NCBI GenBank assembly: GCA_021801795.1
Contig: JAJYXR010000030.1
Span: 54,175 to 118,174, forward strand
Source: Actinomycetes bacterium
GTDB taxonomy: Bacteria; Actinomycetota; Acidimicrobiia; Acidimicrobiales; JAJYXR01
Direction: 5' to 3'
DNA: 64,000 bases
The position numbers and the translations under genes were made by a program. Shown one piece after another: positions 55,445-64,000 of the stretch. The notes under the pieces are model-generated. The model was given only the letters and a program-made list of their open reading frames with translations, was not told the DNA's origin and made no database searches. Each line of letters begins with the position of its first letter. Position 1 is the first letter of the stretch.

Positions 55445-55556
55445 CTCGTTCCCCTGTCTAGGTCGTTCTTCGAGCACCCTAACCGACTGGACCGGCAGGC
55501 AGGTACGCATTCAGGCCACCATCCTGCGCCGCTGCCGCTGCAGTGCGCGGTACCGG

Positions 55557-56714
55557 ATGTACCATCGTCCCACTGTGCCCGCCAAGCATCGACGGACCGC
55601 CTCCAGACGGTCGGTTAGCTCCTCGGAGAGGATGCTCCATCGAAGGCGGCGCACCATCGTCATCGCCTGCCTCCTGGGAGGCGTCGCAGTCCTGGCCGTC
55701 ACCTATGAGGGTGGGTCTGCCAGGCAGACCAGGACCCCGAGACCCCACCTGCACCATCCGGCTGCCCCCCCACCCAGCACCACGCCGCCCAGCACCACCT
55801 CCACCACCGTCGCCAACCGGGTGTACGGGGTCGGCGAGGCCTCCCTGGTGGTCACCGAGCCCGGCAAGGAGCTGGTGGCACCTCACAGCCCCGACGGATC
55901 GCTGCCCGCAGAGCGCCAGGTGAGCGTCAGCATCCTCTACCCGGCCACCGGCTCTCCGCAATCGGGCCCCGTCGCACATGCTGCCCCGGCTCCAGGTGCC
56001 CCCTTCCCACTGGTGCTGTTCGGTCCCGGCTTCGACCAGCCGACTGCAGAGTACCTACCGGTGCTCGAGTACTGGGCCGCGCACGGCTTCATCGTGGCTG
56101 CCATCACCTTCCCCCTCACCAACCCCGATGCGCCCGGTGGGCCCTACAGGCCCGACATCCTGAACCAGCCCGCCGACATGGCAGCCGTCGCTAACGCTAT
56201 CCTCCATGACTCCGCCACCCCCTCCAACGGGCTATATGGGCTCGTCGACCCGGCCGAGATAGCCCTGAGCGGGCAGTCCGACGGAGGTGACACTGCACTG
56301 GCACTCGCATACAACACCTGCTGCAGAGCTCTCGACGTGTCGGCAGTGGTGATCATGTCCGGTGCGGAGCTTCACTCCTACGGCGGCTTCCCTGGGACCT
56401 TCTTCCCTGCAGGCGTCCAGTTGCCCCCGCTTCTCTCCTTCCAGGGCACCGACGACCCCACGCTGAACCCTCCTGCCTACACGAACCAGTACTTCGCGGC
56501 TGCGCCCGAACCGAAGCTGCTCGTATGCCTCGACGGTGCGGACCACCTGGAGGCCTACACCACCACAGATGCCTACGAGTCGGTCGTCGCACAGGCCAGC
56601 ACCGACTTCTTCGACCACTACCTGCGCCACGAGGCCGGCTCCCTCAGCGCGCTCCGGGAGGTGGTCGACGGATCGTCGGTCGCGAACTTCGCCACCAGCT
56701 GCCCGCTGGATTAG
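55557..56714 (+). CDS. Membrane-anchored alpha/beta hydrolase
   Basis: TM helix plus Pro/Thr linker; PFPLVLF.PG, GQSDGG nucleophile elbow, QGTDD, GADH triad. Confidence 0.8.
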   Translation: MYHRPTVPAKHRRTASRRSVSSSERMLHRRRRTIVIACLLGGVAVLAVTYEGGSARQTRTPRPHLHHPAAPPPSTTPPSTTSTTVANRVYGVGEASLVVTEPGKELVAPHSPDGSLPAERQVSVSILYPATGSPQSGPVAHAAPAPGAPFPLVLFGPGFDQPTAEYLPVLEYWAAHGFIVAAITFPLTNPDAPGGPYRPDILNQPADMAAVANAILHDSATPSNGLYGLVDPAEIALSGQSDGGDTALALAYNTCCRALDVSAVVIMSGAELHSYGGFPGTFFPAGVQLPPLLSFQGTDDPTLNPPAYTNQYFAAAPEPKLLVCLDGADHLEAYTTTDAYESVVAQASTDFFDHYLRHEAGSLSALREVVDGSSVANFATSCPLD

Positions 56715-56772
56715 CCAGCTTGCTCCGCTCCAGGGCCAGGGGAGCGTCAGGGGAGCGTCGGCCAGCCCGGGG

Positions 56773-57237
56773 TCAGCTGCAGGACGCGCACCTGCCGAGG
56801 AGGTCGAGCCGGTGGCCCTGCACCGTGAATCCCTCTGAAGTGGCCAGCTCGTCCAGCACCTCGGTGACGGCGATCTCGAAGCTCTTCGGCGGGGTGACGT
56901 CCACTACCCTGCCGCAGGAGACGCAGACCAGGTGGTGGTGGTGCTCGGTGAGATCCTCCGCGAGCTCGTAGCGGGAGAACTCGTCCTCGGCGCTGAGCCT
57001 CCTCACGATCCCCGCCTGCTGGAGCTCTACGAGATGCCGGTATGCGGAGCTCCTGGGGAGGCCAGGGCGCAGCTTCTCTATGTCCGAGATGCTGAGAGGG
57101 TGGCCTGACTCCACGAGGGCCTCCACCACGGAGCGCCGCCCGCCGGTATAGCGGCGTCCTGAGCGCTCCAGCCGTTCCCGCACCGTGCGGTCGAATGCTG
57201 CGCGGTCGAATGGGGCGCGGTCTGCCGATGCCTTCAT
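56773..57237 (-). CDS. zur: Fur family regulator, probably Zur
   Basis: SSAYRHL, TEHHHHLVCVSCG, GRCASC; last gene of the metal ABC operon. Confidence 0.75.
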   Translation of the reverse strand: MKASADRAPFDRAAFDRTVRERLERSGRRYTGGRRSVVEALVESGHPLSISDIEKLRPGLPRSSAYRHLVELQQAGIVRRLSAEDEFSRYELAEDLTEHHHHLVCVSCGRVVDVTPPKSFEIAVTEVLDELATSEGFTVQGHRLDLLGRCASCS

Positions 57238-58067
57238 GTGCCCAGAGCCCCGCCTGGGGTGATCGCCCCAGACCTCGTTAGAGGCTTACGGAGGAAAAGC
57301 CATCCCCTGGCCATCCCATAGGAAAGTGCTCCCAGGGCTCCTACGAAGAACCCTACCGGCCAGTTCGACAGGTAGGAAGCAGCTATCGCAAGCCACACCG
57401 TGAGCAGAGCGAGCACAACCGACAGCGTCATGGCGACGAGCGGCCTGTCCGTGAGAGACCTGGCAGCGGCTGCGGGACCGATCATCAGGCTGAACATGAG
57501 CAGGGCTCCCACCACCGGTACCGTCATGCTGGTGGCCAGCGCCACGAGCACCAGGAAGAGCATCTCCATCCTGTAGACCGACAGGCCGCGGGCCTCTGCG
57601 ATCTCGGGCACCACCGACACGGTCATGAGGGGCCGGTAGACGAGGAGGACCCCGGCGATGCAGACCAGTGCCAGGACGCTCGTGGGGGCGACCTGGCTCC
57701 TCGATACCCCCAGCACCTCGCCGAACAGGAGCGAGTAGATCTCGGGTGCGTACTCGACGCTCCGGCTGAGGAAGAGTGCACCGAGGCCCAGCATCACCAC
57801 CAGCGCAAGTGCCGTGACCACGTCGTGGCGGCCGCTGCGACCCAGCACACCGATGCCCAGCCCTGCCGCCAGGGCGAACACCCCGAGCCCGAGCAGGGTG
57901 TTCATTCCGAGCAGGCTGGCGGCTGCCGCGCCGGCGAAGGCTCCCTGTGGAACGGCGTGCGCGACGAAGGCAGATCCCCTGAGCACCGTGAAGAAGCCGA
58001 CCACCCCAGCCACCAGCGCCACGATGCTCGCCACGATCCAGGTGTTCATCATGAATCCCGAGAACAT
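57234..58067 (-). CDS. Zn/Mn ABC transporter permease
   Basis: G.F.VLRG..F.AHA, LFGEVLG, VGALL..L...PAAAA. Confidence 0.9.
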   Translation of the reverse strand: MFSGFMMNTWIVASIVALVAGVVGFFTVLRGSAFVAHAVPQGAFAGAAAASLLGMNTLLGLGVFALAAGLGIGVLGRSGRHDVVTALALVVMLGLGALFLSRSVEYAPEIYSLLFGEVLGVSRSQVAPTSVLALVCIAGVLLVYRPLMTVSVVPEIAEARGLSVYRMEMLFLVLVALATSMTVPVVGALLMFSLMIGPAAAARSLTDRPLVAMTLSVVLALLTVWLAIAASYLSNWPVGFFVGALGALSYGMARGWLFLRKPLTRSGAITPGGALGT

Positions 58068-58073
58068 GGGCTC

Positions 58074-59018
58074 TCAGCCTCCTGCCTGGATCCTGGCCTG
58101 CCGGTGCACGGCGAATCTCGCGGCCAGGCGCGCCAGGGCAGCTCGAGAGCGCGCAAGGCGGTGCAGAACCCGTGCCTCCGTGAACAGGTAGAAGACGAAC
58201 ACCAGGGTGACCACGAAGAAGCTCACCGGCCACCCGTGACCCCTCGGCGGCCAGTAGAAGCTGTCGTAGGCGAGGACGATGCCCAGCCACACCGAGCCCA
58301 CCCCGATCAGGGAGGCCAGGGCTAGAGCGGTGGCAGGGCGCCTGGATATCCTGAGCGCTGTAGCAGCCGGTCCGACGAGCAGGGCGGTGCTCAGGATCGC
58401 CCCTATCGTCACAGCGGACAGCGCAACGGCTATCGCGAGGCCCAACAGGTAGAGAACCCCTACCAGCCGGACCGGGACGCCGGCAGCCCGTGCAATCTCC
58501 TGGTCCAGAGAGCTCAGCATCAGCGGCCGGTAGACCAGCGCGGTCACGCCCAGGGCTACTGCGGCGAGAACAGCTATGAGAGGAATCGTCGAGGAGCTGA
58601 TGGCGAACATCGAGCCGAACAGGATGGTCATCGTCGCGCCAGTAGTGGCGCGCATGGTGGTGTCGAAGTAGAGGAAGAGAGCCGACAGGCCGAGGCCGGC
58701 CCCGAGCACGATCCCCGTCGCCACGTCGCGTCCCCGGGCGCGCTGGATCCCGACGAGGTCCATGGCTGCCGCGGCTGCGAGACCGAGCACCACGTAACCG
58801 GTGAGCGGGCTCACACCGAGCACGAACGCTCCCGACCCGCCGGTGGTGGCTACGTCCGAGAGCGCGTGGCCGGCGAAAGACTGCCCCCTTATCACGGTGA
58901 ACACGCCGACGCAGGCCGACACCACCGCGACTGCCCCACCCACGGCCACGGCCACACCTACTGCACCGGAGTGGAAGAAGCCAGGAGCGAAGACGAGCGT
59001 CGACATCTGGCCCATCAC
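58074..59018 (-). CDS. Zn/Mn ABC transporter permease
   Basis: GVFTVIRGQSFAGHAL, ILFGS, GAILSTALLVGPAA. Confidence 0.9.
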   Translation of the reverse strand: MMGQMSTLVFAPGFFHSGAVGVAVAVGGAVAVVSACVGVFTVIRGQSFAGHALSDVATTGGSGAFVLGVSPLTGYVVLGLAAAAAMDLVGIQRARGRDVATGIVLGAGLGLSALFLYFDTTMRATTGATMTILFGSMFAISSSTIPLIAVLAAVALGVTALVYRPLMLSSLDQEIARAAGVPVRLVGVLYLLGLAIAVALSAVTIGAILSTALLVGPAATALRISRRPATALALASLIGVGSVWLGIVLAYDSFYWPPRGHGWPVSFFVVTLVFVFYLFTEARVLHRLARSRAALARLAARFAVHRQARIQAGG

Positions 59019-59851
59019 GCTCCCGACCGCGGTTCCCTGCCCGGGTCGGCACCGGCCACCACGACTATGCGGTCATGCACGTGCAGGACATCGACGTGCT
59101 GCCCGTAGAGGCTGCTCAACACCTCTGTGGTGACCACCTCTTCGGTGGTGCCGCTGGCGGCCCGCCCACCCGCGACGTAGACGATACGGTCCATCACCGG
59201 CAGGAGGGGATTCATCTCGTGGGCGGAGATCAGCACAGCTATCTTCTGGCGCTCGGCGATACGGGCTAGCAGGGATACCACCTCCTGCTCGCTCCTCAGG
59301 TCGAGGCTGGCCAGCGGCTCGTCCAGGAGGATGATGGAGGGCCTCGAGACGAGCGCGTGGGCTATCAGCACCCGCTGCTGCTCCCCACCCGACAGCCTCC
59401 CCACGCGTTGGTCTGCCAGATGAAGGGCGTCCACGGCCTCTAGCATCTCCTCGACGGCCTGCCTGCGCGACCTGCTCGGCAGGGGGATGCCGAAGCGATG
59501 GCCGTCGATGCCGAGAGCCACCAGGTCACGGGCCCGCATAGGCATGTCCGGGTCCAGCACCACCTTCTGGGGCACGTATCCTGCCGGCCGCCTGCCCGAG
59601 GAGTGGGGCCGGCCGGCCAGGGTCACCCGCCCTGCCGTCGGCGCCTGGAGGCCCAGGATCACGCGCATCAACGTCGTCTTCCCGGCTCCGTTCGGCCCTA
59701 TCAGCCCAGTGAGCTGGCCTGGGAGGAGATAGAAGCTCACCTCTCCCAGCACCTCCCGGCCACCGAGCGACACGCTTATCCCCTCCACCTCCAGGACGGG
59801 ATCACGCGCTCCGGGGTCGGACTGGGCATCGCTCGCCCCGGGACCGGGCAC
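59015..59851 (-). CDS. Zn/Mn ABC transporter ATPase
   Basis: GPNGAGKTT, YVPQ, LSGGEQQR, LLDEP, SAH. Confidence 0.92.
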   Translation of the reverse strand: MPGPGASDAQSDPGARDPVLEVEGISVSLGGREVLGEVSFYLLPGQLTGLIGPNGAGKTTLMRVILGLQAPTAGRVTLAGRPHSSGRRPAGYVPQKVVLDPDMPMRARDLVALGIDGHRFGIPLPSRSRRQAVEEMLEAVDALHLADQRVGRLSGGEQQRVLIAHALVSRPSIILLDEPLASLDLRSEQEVVSLLARIAERQKIAVLISAHEMNPLLPVMDRIVYVAGGRAASGTTEEVVTTEVLSSLYGQHVDVLHVHDRIVVVAGADPGREPRSGA

Positions 59852-59855
59852 TGGA

Positions 59856-60830
59856 TCAGAGCCTCTGGGTAGAGACGTGGTAGACGATCGCGTCCCTGAG
59901 GGCATGAACCTCGGCCATCATCCACGACTGGTAGTCGTATCCCGGAGTAGGCATCGTCTCGTACACGCCTACCACCGGGATCCCGTCCTGCTTCGCCGTG
60001 GCCAGGAATGAGGCCGTCAGCGAGTCGGTGACCTGCTGGTTGTAGAGGAATACCTTCACCTGGTGGCGGCTGAAGAGCTGCTGCTCGGCAGTGACATCCT
60101 GGGGGGGTGGGTCCACCCCGTTCATTATGTCCGCCTGGAGCACCCACGGGGTGCGGATGTCGGCACCGGCTGCGGCCAGCATGTAGTCGGCCACTGGTTC
60201 GGTGACCGCTACCGGCGTGCCGGGAAAGTCTGCCTTCAGTGCCGCTATCGCCTGGTCCCAGGGCACGAGCGACTGGTCGAAGCGCTCCAGCTCATCCATG
60301 AAGTAGCTCCGGTGTGCCGGATCGAGCGAGGAGAGGTCGGTGGCTATCGCCCTGGCGACGGCAGGCATGGTGGTCGGCTTGTACCACAGGTGCGGGTTCG
60401 GCGTGTCCGAGGGCAGGTGGAGGAGATCTTGAACGTCTATTACCCTGCGAGCCGGATCAGGCGATGCAGCCTCGATCCGGTTCATGAACGTGTCGTAGCC
60501 CAGCCCGTTCTGCACCACCAGCTGCGCGGAGCTCACTACCTCGGCGACGCTGGGGCTCGACTCGAAGGTGTGAGGATCGGTGTTCGGGTTGCTCATGATG
60601 GACGTCACGCTCACGTAGGGACCGCCAATCTGGCTGATCACGTTCCCGTATTCGTTCTCGGCACCCACAGCCACGATCCTCGAGCCTGTGTCACCTGTCT
60701 TGGACGCGTCGCTGGTGGCGCAGGCGGCCGCGAGCAGCGCGACGGCGAGAAGGGCTGCGGCCATGCCGCGGGCTCGGCCGCCGACGCTCGTGGCTCCGGT
60801 TCGGGATCTTCTAGGCCACCTTGCCATCAC
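59856..60830 (-). CDS. Zn/Mn ABC substrate-binding lipoprotein (cluster A-I)
   Basis: Lipobox AAAC, TDPHTFE, NGLGYD, NPHLWY, TEPV, YETMP. Confidence 0.92.
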   Translation of the reverse strand: MMARWPRRSRTGATSVGGRARGMAAALLAVALLAAACATSDASKTGDTGSRIVAVGAENEYGNVISQIGGPYVSVTSIMSNPNTDPHTFESSPSVAEVVSSAQLVVQNGLGYDTFMNRIEAASPDPARRVIDVQDLLHLPSDTPNPHLWYKPTTMPAVARAIATDLSSLDPAHRSYFMDELERFDQSLVPWDQAIAALKADFPGTPVAVTEPVADYMLAAAGADIRTPWVLQADIMNGVDPPPQDVTAEQQLFSRHQVKVFLYNQQVTDSLTASFLATAKQDGIPVVGVYETMPTPGYDYQSWMMAEVHALRDAIVYHVSTQRL

Positions 60831-60854
60831 CAGCTCCTCTCCTCTGTATAGTAC

Positions 60855-60897
60855 TGAGACTGAGTCTCATTATAGTAAGAGCAGGAGAGGCCGTCAA
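60855..60897 (-). promoter_or_regulatory. Promoter TTGACG-N17-TATAAT with 7-1-7 Zur/Fur box TGAGACT-G-AGTCTCA
   Basis: Minus strand -35 at 60892-60897 and -10 at 60869-60874; inverted repeat 60855-60869 over the expected start site. Confidence 0.85.
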
Positions 60898-60943
60898 GAC
60901 AGGACGGTAGAGCGTGCTGGGACCGGTCCCGGCGCGCCTGGGT

Positions 60944-62122
60944 TCAGGCGCCCCTGGGCGCGGGACCCGAGGTGACGACCACCAGGGTCCCGTAGTGGAG
61001 GATGTTCCAGGCGATCGCTGCCTCTGGAACCGGAAGCTCGACGCAGCCGACGCTCTGGGGAAAGCCGTAGCTAGCCCTCACGAATCCGTGGATGGCGTCC
61101 GAGCCATTGAAGTAGTTGATCCAGTGGACCGGATCGGCATAGGCGACGCCATCGGGGTTGTGCCCCCGCATGATCTGGAAGGTCCGCCTGAGGTACACGA
61201 AGAAGTTCCCATCCGGCGTCGGCGACTGGGCTATCCCGGTGTTGGCCAGGCTGTGGAAGACGATCCGGCCGTCATGCCAGATGGTAAGGGTCTCCGGCTG
61301 GACCTTCGACGCTATGGCAGCGGTGTAGCCCTCCGGGTTCTTCGTGTCCACGTTCTCAGCTGCGATCAGCGCGGGCCAGAGCACAGGTCTGATGCTCGTA
61401 TAGGCAGGAATCTCGTGGGTGCGCTCGAACGCGACTATCGCACCGCGGGTCATATGGCTCGCCACGCCTTCCTTCCAGGCAGATCTCACCGCAGAGGGGG
61501 TGTAGGAGTAGCGCCACGAGAAGGTGCCTGCGGGCGGCTGGTAGAGAGCCTCCAGGCGAGCCCCGGTCACATTCGGCAACGGGCTCGACGGTGTGAAGGT
61601 AAGCGGCAGGTAACCCCATTCGGCGAGCAGCTGCTGGATCCGCAGCACCGATCCGTTCTGGACGGTCCATGTCAGCGTCACCGACTTCGCGAGCATGGCA
61701 CCAGTGTCGGATTCCACCTCACCTGCTCCCCCGCTGCCCCCCGGAACGGTCATCTGGAAGGTGCTGAGCGGCACCAGCGGGTAGTCGGGGGTAAAGCTGA
61801 GATCCTTCCCATGCCGGTGCCAGCTGCCCGGAACCGGGGGGTCGAGGGTCGGCATCGGCGAACCCTGGGCTAGTGGCTGGGAGAACCTGACCTCGAAGGG
61901 GCCCCGTGGTGGCGATGCCTCACGCGCCTGGGCGGTGGCCACCTGGCGTACCTCCAGAACCGAGGTGGCTGATCCCCCGGATGCCGACGGGCCGGCGGCA
62001 GACGCAGAGCTCTCCCCCGAGAGATTCCGGACTACCAGTACCACGACCAGCATGACCAGAACGGCGATGACTCCACGGAACACCCACCTCGTCCGATGGC
62101 GTGGAGCGTGCCGCGGCTGCAT
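60944..62122 (-). CDS. L,D-transpeptidase family (YkuD domain) protein
   Basis: TM anchor, Ig-like region, peptidoglycan-binding-like LRIQQLLA..GYLP, SLANTG...TP.G, AIHGF...SVGCVE. Confidence 0.8.
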   Translation of the reverse strand: MQPRHAPRHRTRWVFRGVIAVLVMLVVVLVVRNLSGESSASAAGPSASGGSATSVLEVRQVATAQAREASPPRGPFEVRFSQPLAQGSPMPTLDPPVPGSWHRHGKDLSFTPDYPLVPLSTFQMTVPGGSGGAGEVESDTGAMLAKSVTLTWTVQNGSVLRIQQLLAEWGYLPLTFTPSSPLPNVTGARLEALYQPPAGTFSWRYSYTPSAVRSAWKEGVASHMTRGAIVAFERTHEIPAYTSIRPVLWPALIAAENVDTKNPEGYTAAIASKVQPETLTIWHDGRIVFHSLANTGIAQSPTPDGNFFVYLRRTFQIMRGHNPDGVAYADPVHWINYFNGSDAIHGFVRASYGFPQSVGCVELPVPEAAIAWNILHYGTLVVVTSGPAPRGA

Positions 62123-62229
62123 CGAGTCCAATGCTAGAACCCCCCTCCACGCGAGTGGCGTCACCGAGAGGCAGCTCAGTAGACCGGCGCTGTCGCCATG
62201 CCCGCCTCGGGATCGGTCCCAGGGCGCCC

Positions 62230-63927
62230 TCAGGGCAGGACGGTCACCAGCGTGCCGATGTGGACCATGGGCCAGAGCTGGGCCGCTACCGGCACGGGCA
62301 GCTCCACACAGCCGACGCTCTGGGGAAAGCCGTAGCTCGCCCTCACGAATCCATGGACCGCGTCGGAGCCGTTGAAGTAGTTGATCCAGTGGACCGGATC
62401 GGCATATGCGCTGCCGTCCGGATTATGGCCGCGCATGATCTGGAAGGCGAGCCTCAGGTACACCGGGTAGGTGCCCGCGGCAGTAGGTGCCTGTGCTATC
62501 CCGGTGTTCGCAAGGCTTCTGAGTGCCACCGCGCCATTCCGGTAGAAGGTAAGGGTCTCGGGAAGGTTCTTCGAGACCTCTATCCAGGTGTACTCATGGG
62601 GATCGGTCCTATGGGCGAGGTACGCATCGATGAGGGTAGGCCACAGCAGCGGGTTCGAGATGCCCACGGTGTTCAGGTGTGAGACCTGCTCGAAGGTCAT
62701 GATGGCGCCGTCGGTGATCACGTTGTCGACCCCGGGCTGCCACAGGGAGGTGAGCGGGGAAGGTAGGTTCCAGCGCCATGCGAAGCTCCCGGGAGGTGAT
62801 GTGGTCATGAGAGCTGCCTGGGCAGCCTCGGTGTCCGAAGCCGCAGATGCGGCCAGAGACCCAGGTGCAGCAGACCAGTCGAGCGGCAGGTAGCCCAGTC
62901 CGGCGAGGAGCTGCTGGAGCCTCAGCACCGATCCGCCGACCCCCGAGAAGGGGATGCTGGTGGTCGGATCCGCGGGCGCAGAGGAAGCCCCAGACGGCGT
63001 GGTGCTCACAGGGGCCACCGGGTCGGGGAGGTCGAGGGTGAGAGACTCGCCGGGCCAGAAGGAGGGACCGTCGGGGACGAACTCCAGCGAGTAGGGAGTG
63101 GGCTCGCTCCAGTGTCCAGCCGGCGTCGGGGCACCCTTCAGCACCGGGGTGATGGTCGGCATGCGGTTGTCGAACACGGACGCGACCGGCTGCGAGAAGG
63201 AGAGGCTGATGGAGCTGGACACCGGAACTGCCCCCTCGGCCAGGGGCGGCTGCGCGAGCATCATGGGCACCGACGAACCAGCGGATCCGAAGTAGCTGAG
63301 CGCTACAGGTGGACGCAATGACTCCCAGGTATCGGGTGCGGCGGACACCTCCAGGTCACCCACCTGGCCGGCCTGGACGCTCCGCACCAGGTCGACCTTC
63401 GCGGATGGCCGCTTCAGCGTCTCCACCGGATCGGCGGTCCCGCTGATCACCTCGATCTTGCGCACCGGCCGGCTGAAGCGAGCGGCGACAGGCTGGCCTG
63501 GAGCCGCCACCACCACGGGATCCACCAACGACGCCTGGGGGGTTATGACGGTGGCGGTGACCACCCGGTTGGCTCCCGTAGCCCAGGACATCCACCAGGG
63601 CTCCCTGATGTCCACGACCAGCCTCAGCTTCGTGCCCTGAGGCAAGGCGGCCACCGGGGTGATGGAGCCACCCCGGTCGACCAGGGACACGGTCTTCGAG
63701 CCGAAGCTGGCCTGCGCGGAAACCACATGGCCGGCCTCGAAGGATCCGATCTGCGCCAGAGCCCCGCTACCCGGATGGAGCGACATCCTCGGCCAGGCCA
63801 GCCATACCACGGCGGCCGCGCCACCCACGACGACGACCGCCAGCGTTCCCACGCTGGCGCGCAGCACCCATTTCCGGCGTGCCGACGACTGCTCCTTCCT
63901 GGACTGCGAGGTCCAGAACCGTCTCAC
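62230..63927 (-). CDS. L,D-transpeptidase family protein, paralogue of the downstream gene
   Basis: TM anchor, LRLQQLLA.LGYLP, AVHGFVRASYGFPQSVGCVELP; GGAGG RBS. Confidence 0.8.
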   Translation of the reverse strand: MRRFWTSQSRKEQSSARRKWVLRASVGTLAVVVVGGAAAVVWLAWPRMSLHPGSGALAQIGSFEAGHVVSAQASFGSKTVSLVDRGGSITPVAALPQGTKLRLVVDIREPWWMSWATGANRVVTATVITPQASLVDPVVVAAPGQPVAARFSRPVRKIEVISGTADPVETLKRPSAKVDLVRSVQAGQVGDLEVSAAPDTWESLRPPVALSYFGSAGSSVPMMLAQPPLAEGAVPVSSSISLSFSQPVASVFDNRMPTITPVLKGAPTPAGHWSEPTPYSLEFVPDGPSFWPGESLTLDLPDPVAPVSTTPSGASSAPADPTTSIPFSGVGGSVLRLQQLLAGLGYLPLDWSAAPGSLAASAASDTEAAQAALMTTSPPGSFAWRWNLPSPLTSLWQPGVDNVITDGAIMTFEQVSHLNTVGISNPLLWPTLIDAYLAHRTDPHEYTWIEVSKNLPETLTFYRNGAVALRSLANTGIAQAPTAAGTYPVYLRLAFQIMRGHNPDGSAYADPVHWINYFNGSDAVHGFVRASYGFPQSVGCVELPVPVAAQLWPMVHIGTLVTVLP

Positions 63928-64000
63928 TGCTTCCTCCTGCCCACTGCGTTCTCGTCAGCTACCGGCCGCCGATACCGGGCTATGCCCCGGCAGCTCCATG

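Noticed and set aside
57286-59052. 588-aa Arg/Pro-rich minus-strand ORF
   Set aside because: Alternative frame over two well-supported permease genes.
63930-64000. 3' end of an upstream minus-strand gene
   Set aside because: Only about 14 codons are visible, too little to call.

Overview
GC-rich actinobacterial chromosomal segment. The gene set and protein styles resemble Acidimicrobiia (inference, not a computed assignment). About 49 CDSs are supported. I found no rRNA, tRNA, CRISPR array, transposase or integrase. Housekeeping and carbon genes: iscS-like desulfurase, galT-like, pfk, treS plus a degenerate maltokinase, meaB, murA, a B12 acyl-CoA mutase with isobutyryl-CoA-mutase signatures, glpX, prs and a truncated glmU. 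Accessory modules: (1) an atu-like carboxylase/AtuA/acyl-CoA dehydrogenase cluster; (2) a second operon of two MFS, a carboxyltransferase, a one-Glu crotonase, a CaiB CoA-transferase and a CitE-like lyase with a free biotin carrier, behind a LiuR-like operator; (3) a gad-fur-GH5-GH31 run whose YihQ-like enzyme lacks the sulfonate-binding Arg; (4) a rhodanese/persulfide-dioxygenase behind a CsoR/CstR-type palindrome; (5) a Zur-type metal ABC operon with a near-perfect promoter; (6) two L,D-transpeptidase paralogues. Best novelty candidates are a J-domain/TM/inactivated Mrr-like nuclease fusion with an orphan partner, an orphan repeat protein inserted between glmU and prs, the carboxyltransferase-lyase operon, and many short tandem duplications at gene ends. 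All calls come from motif reading, with no database searches. Several start codons are estimates.
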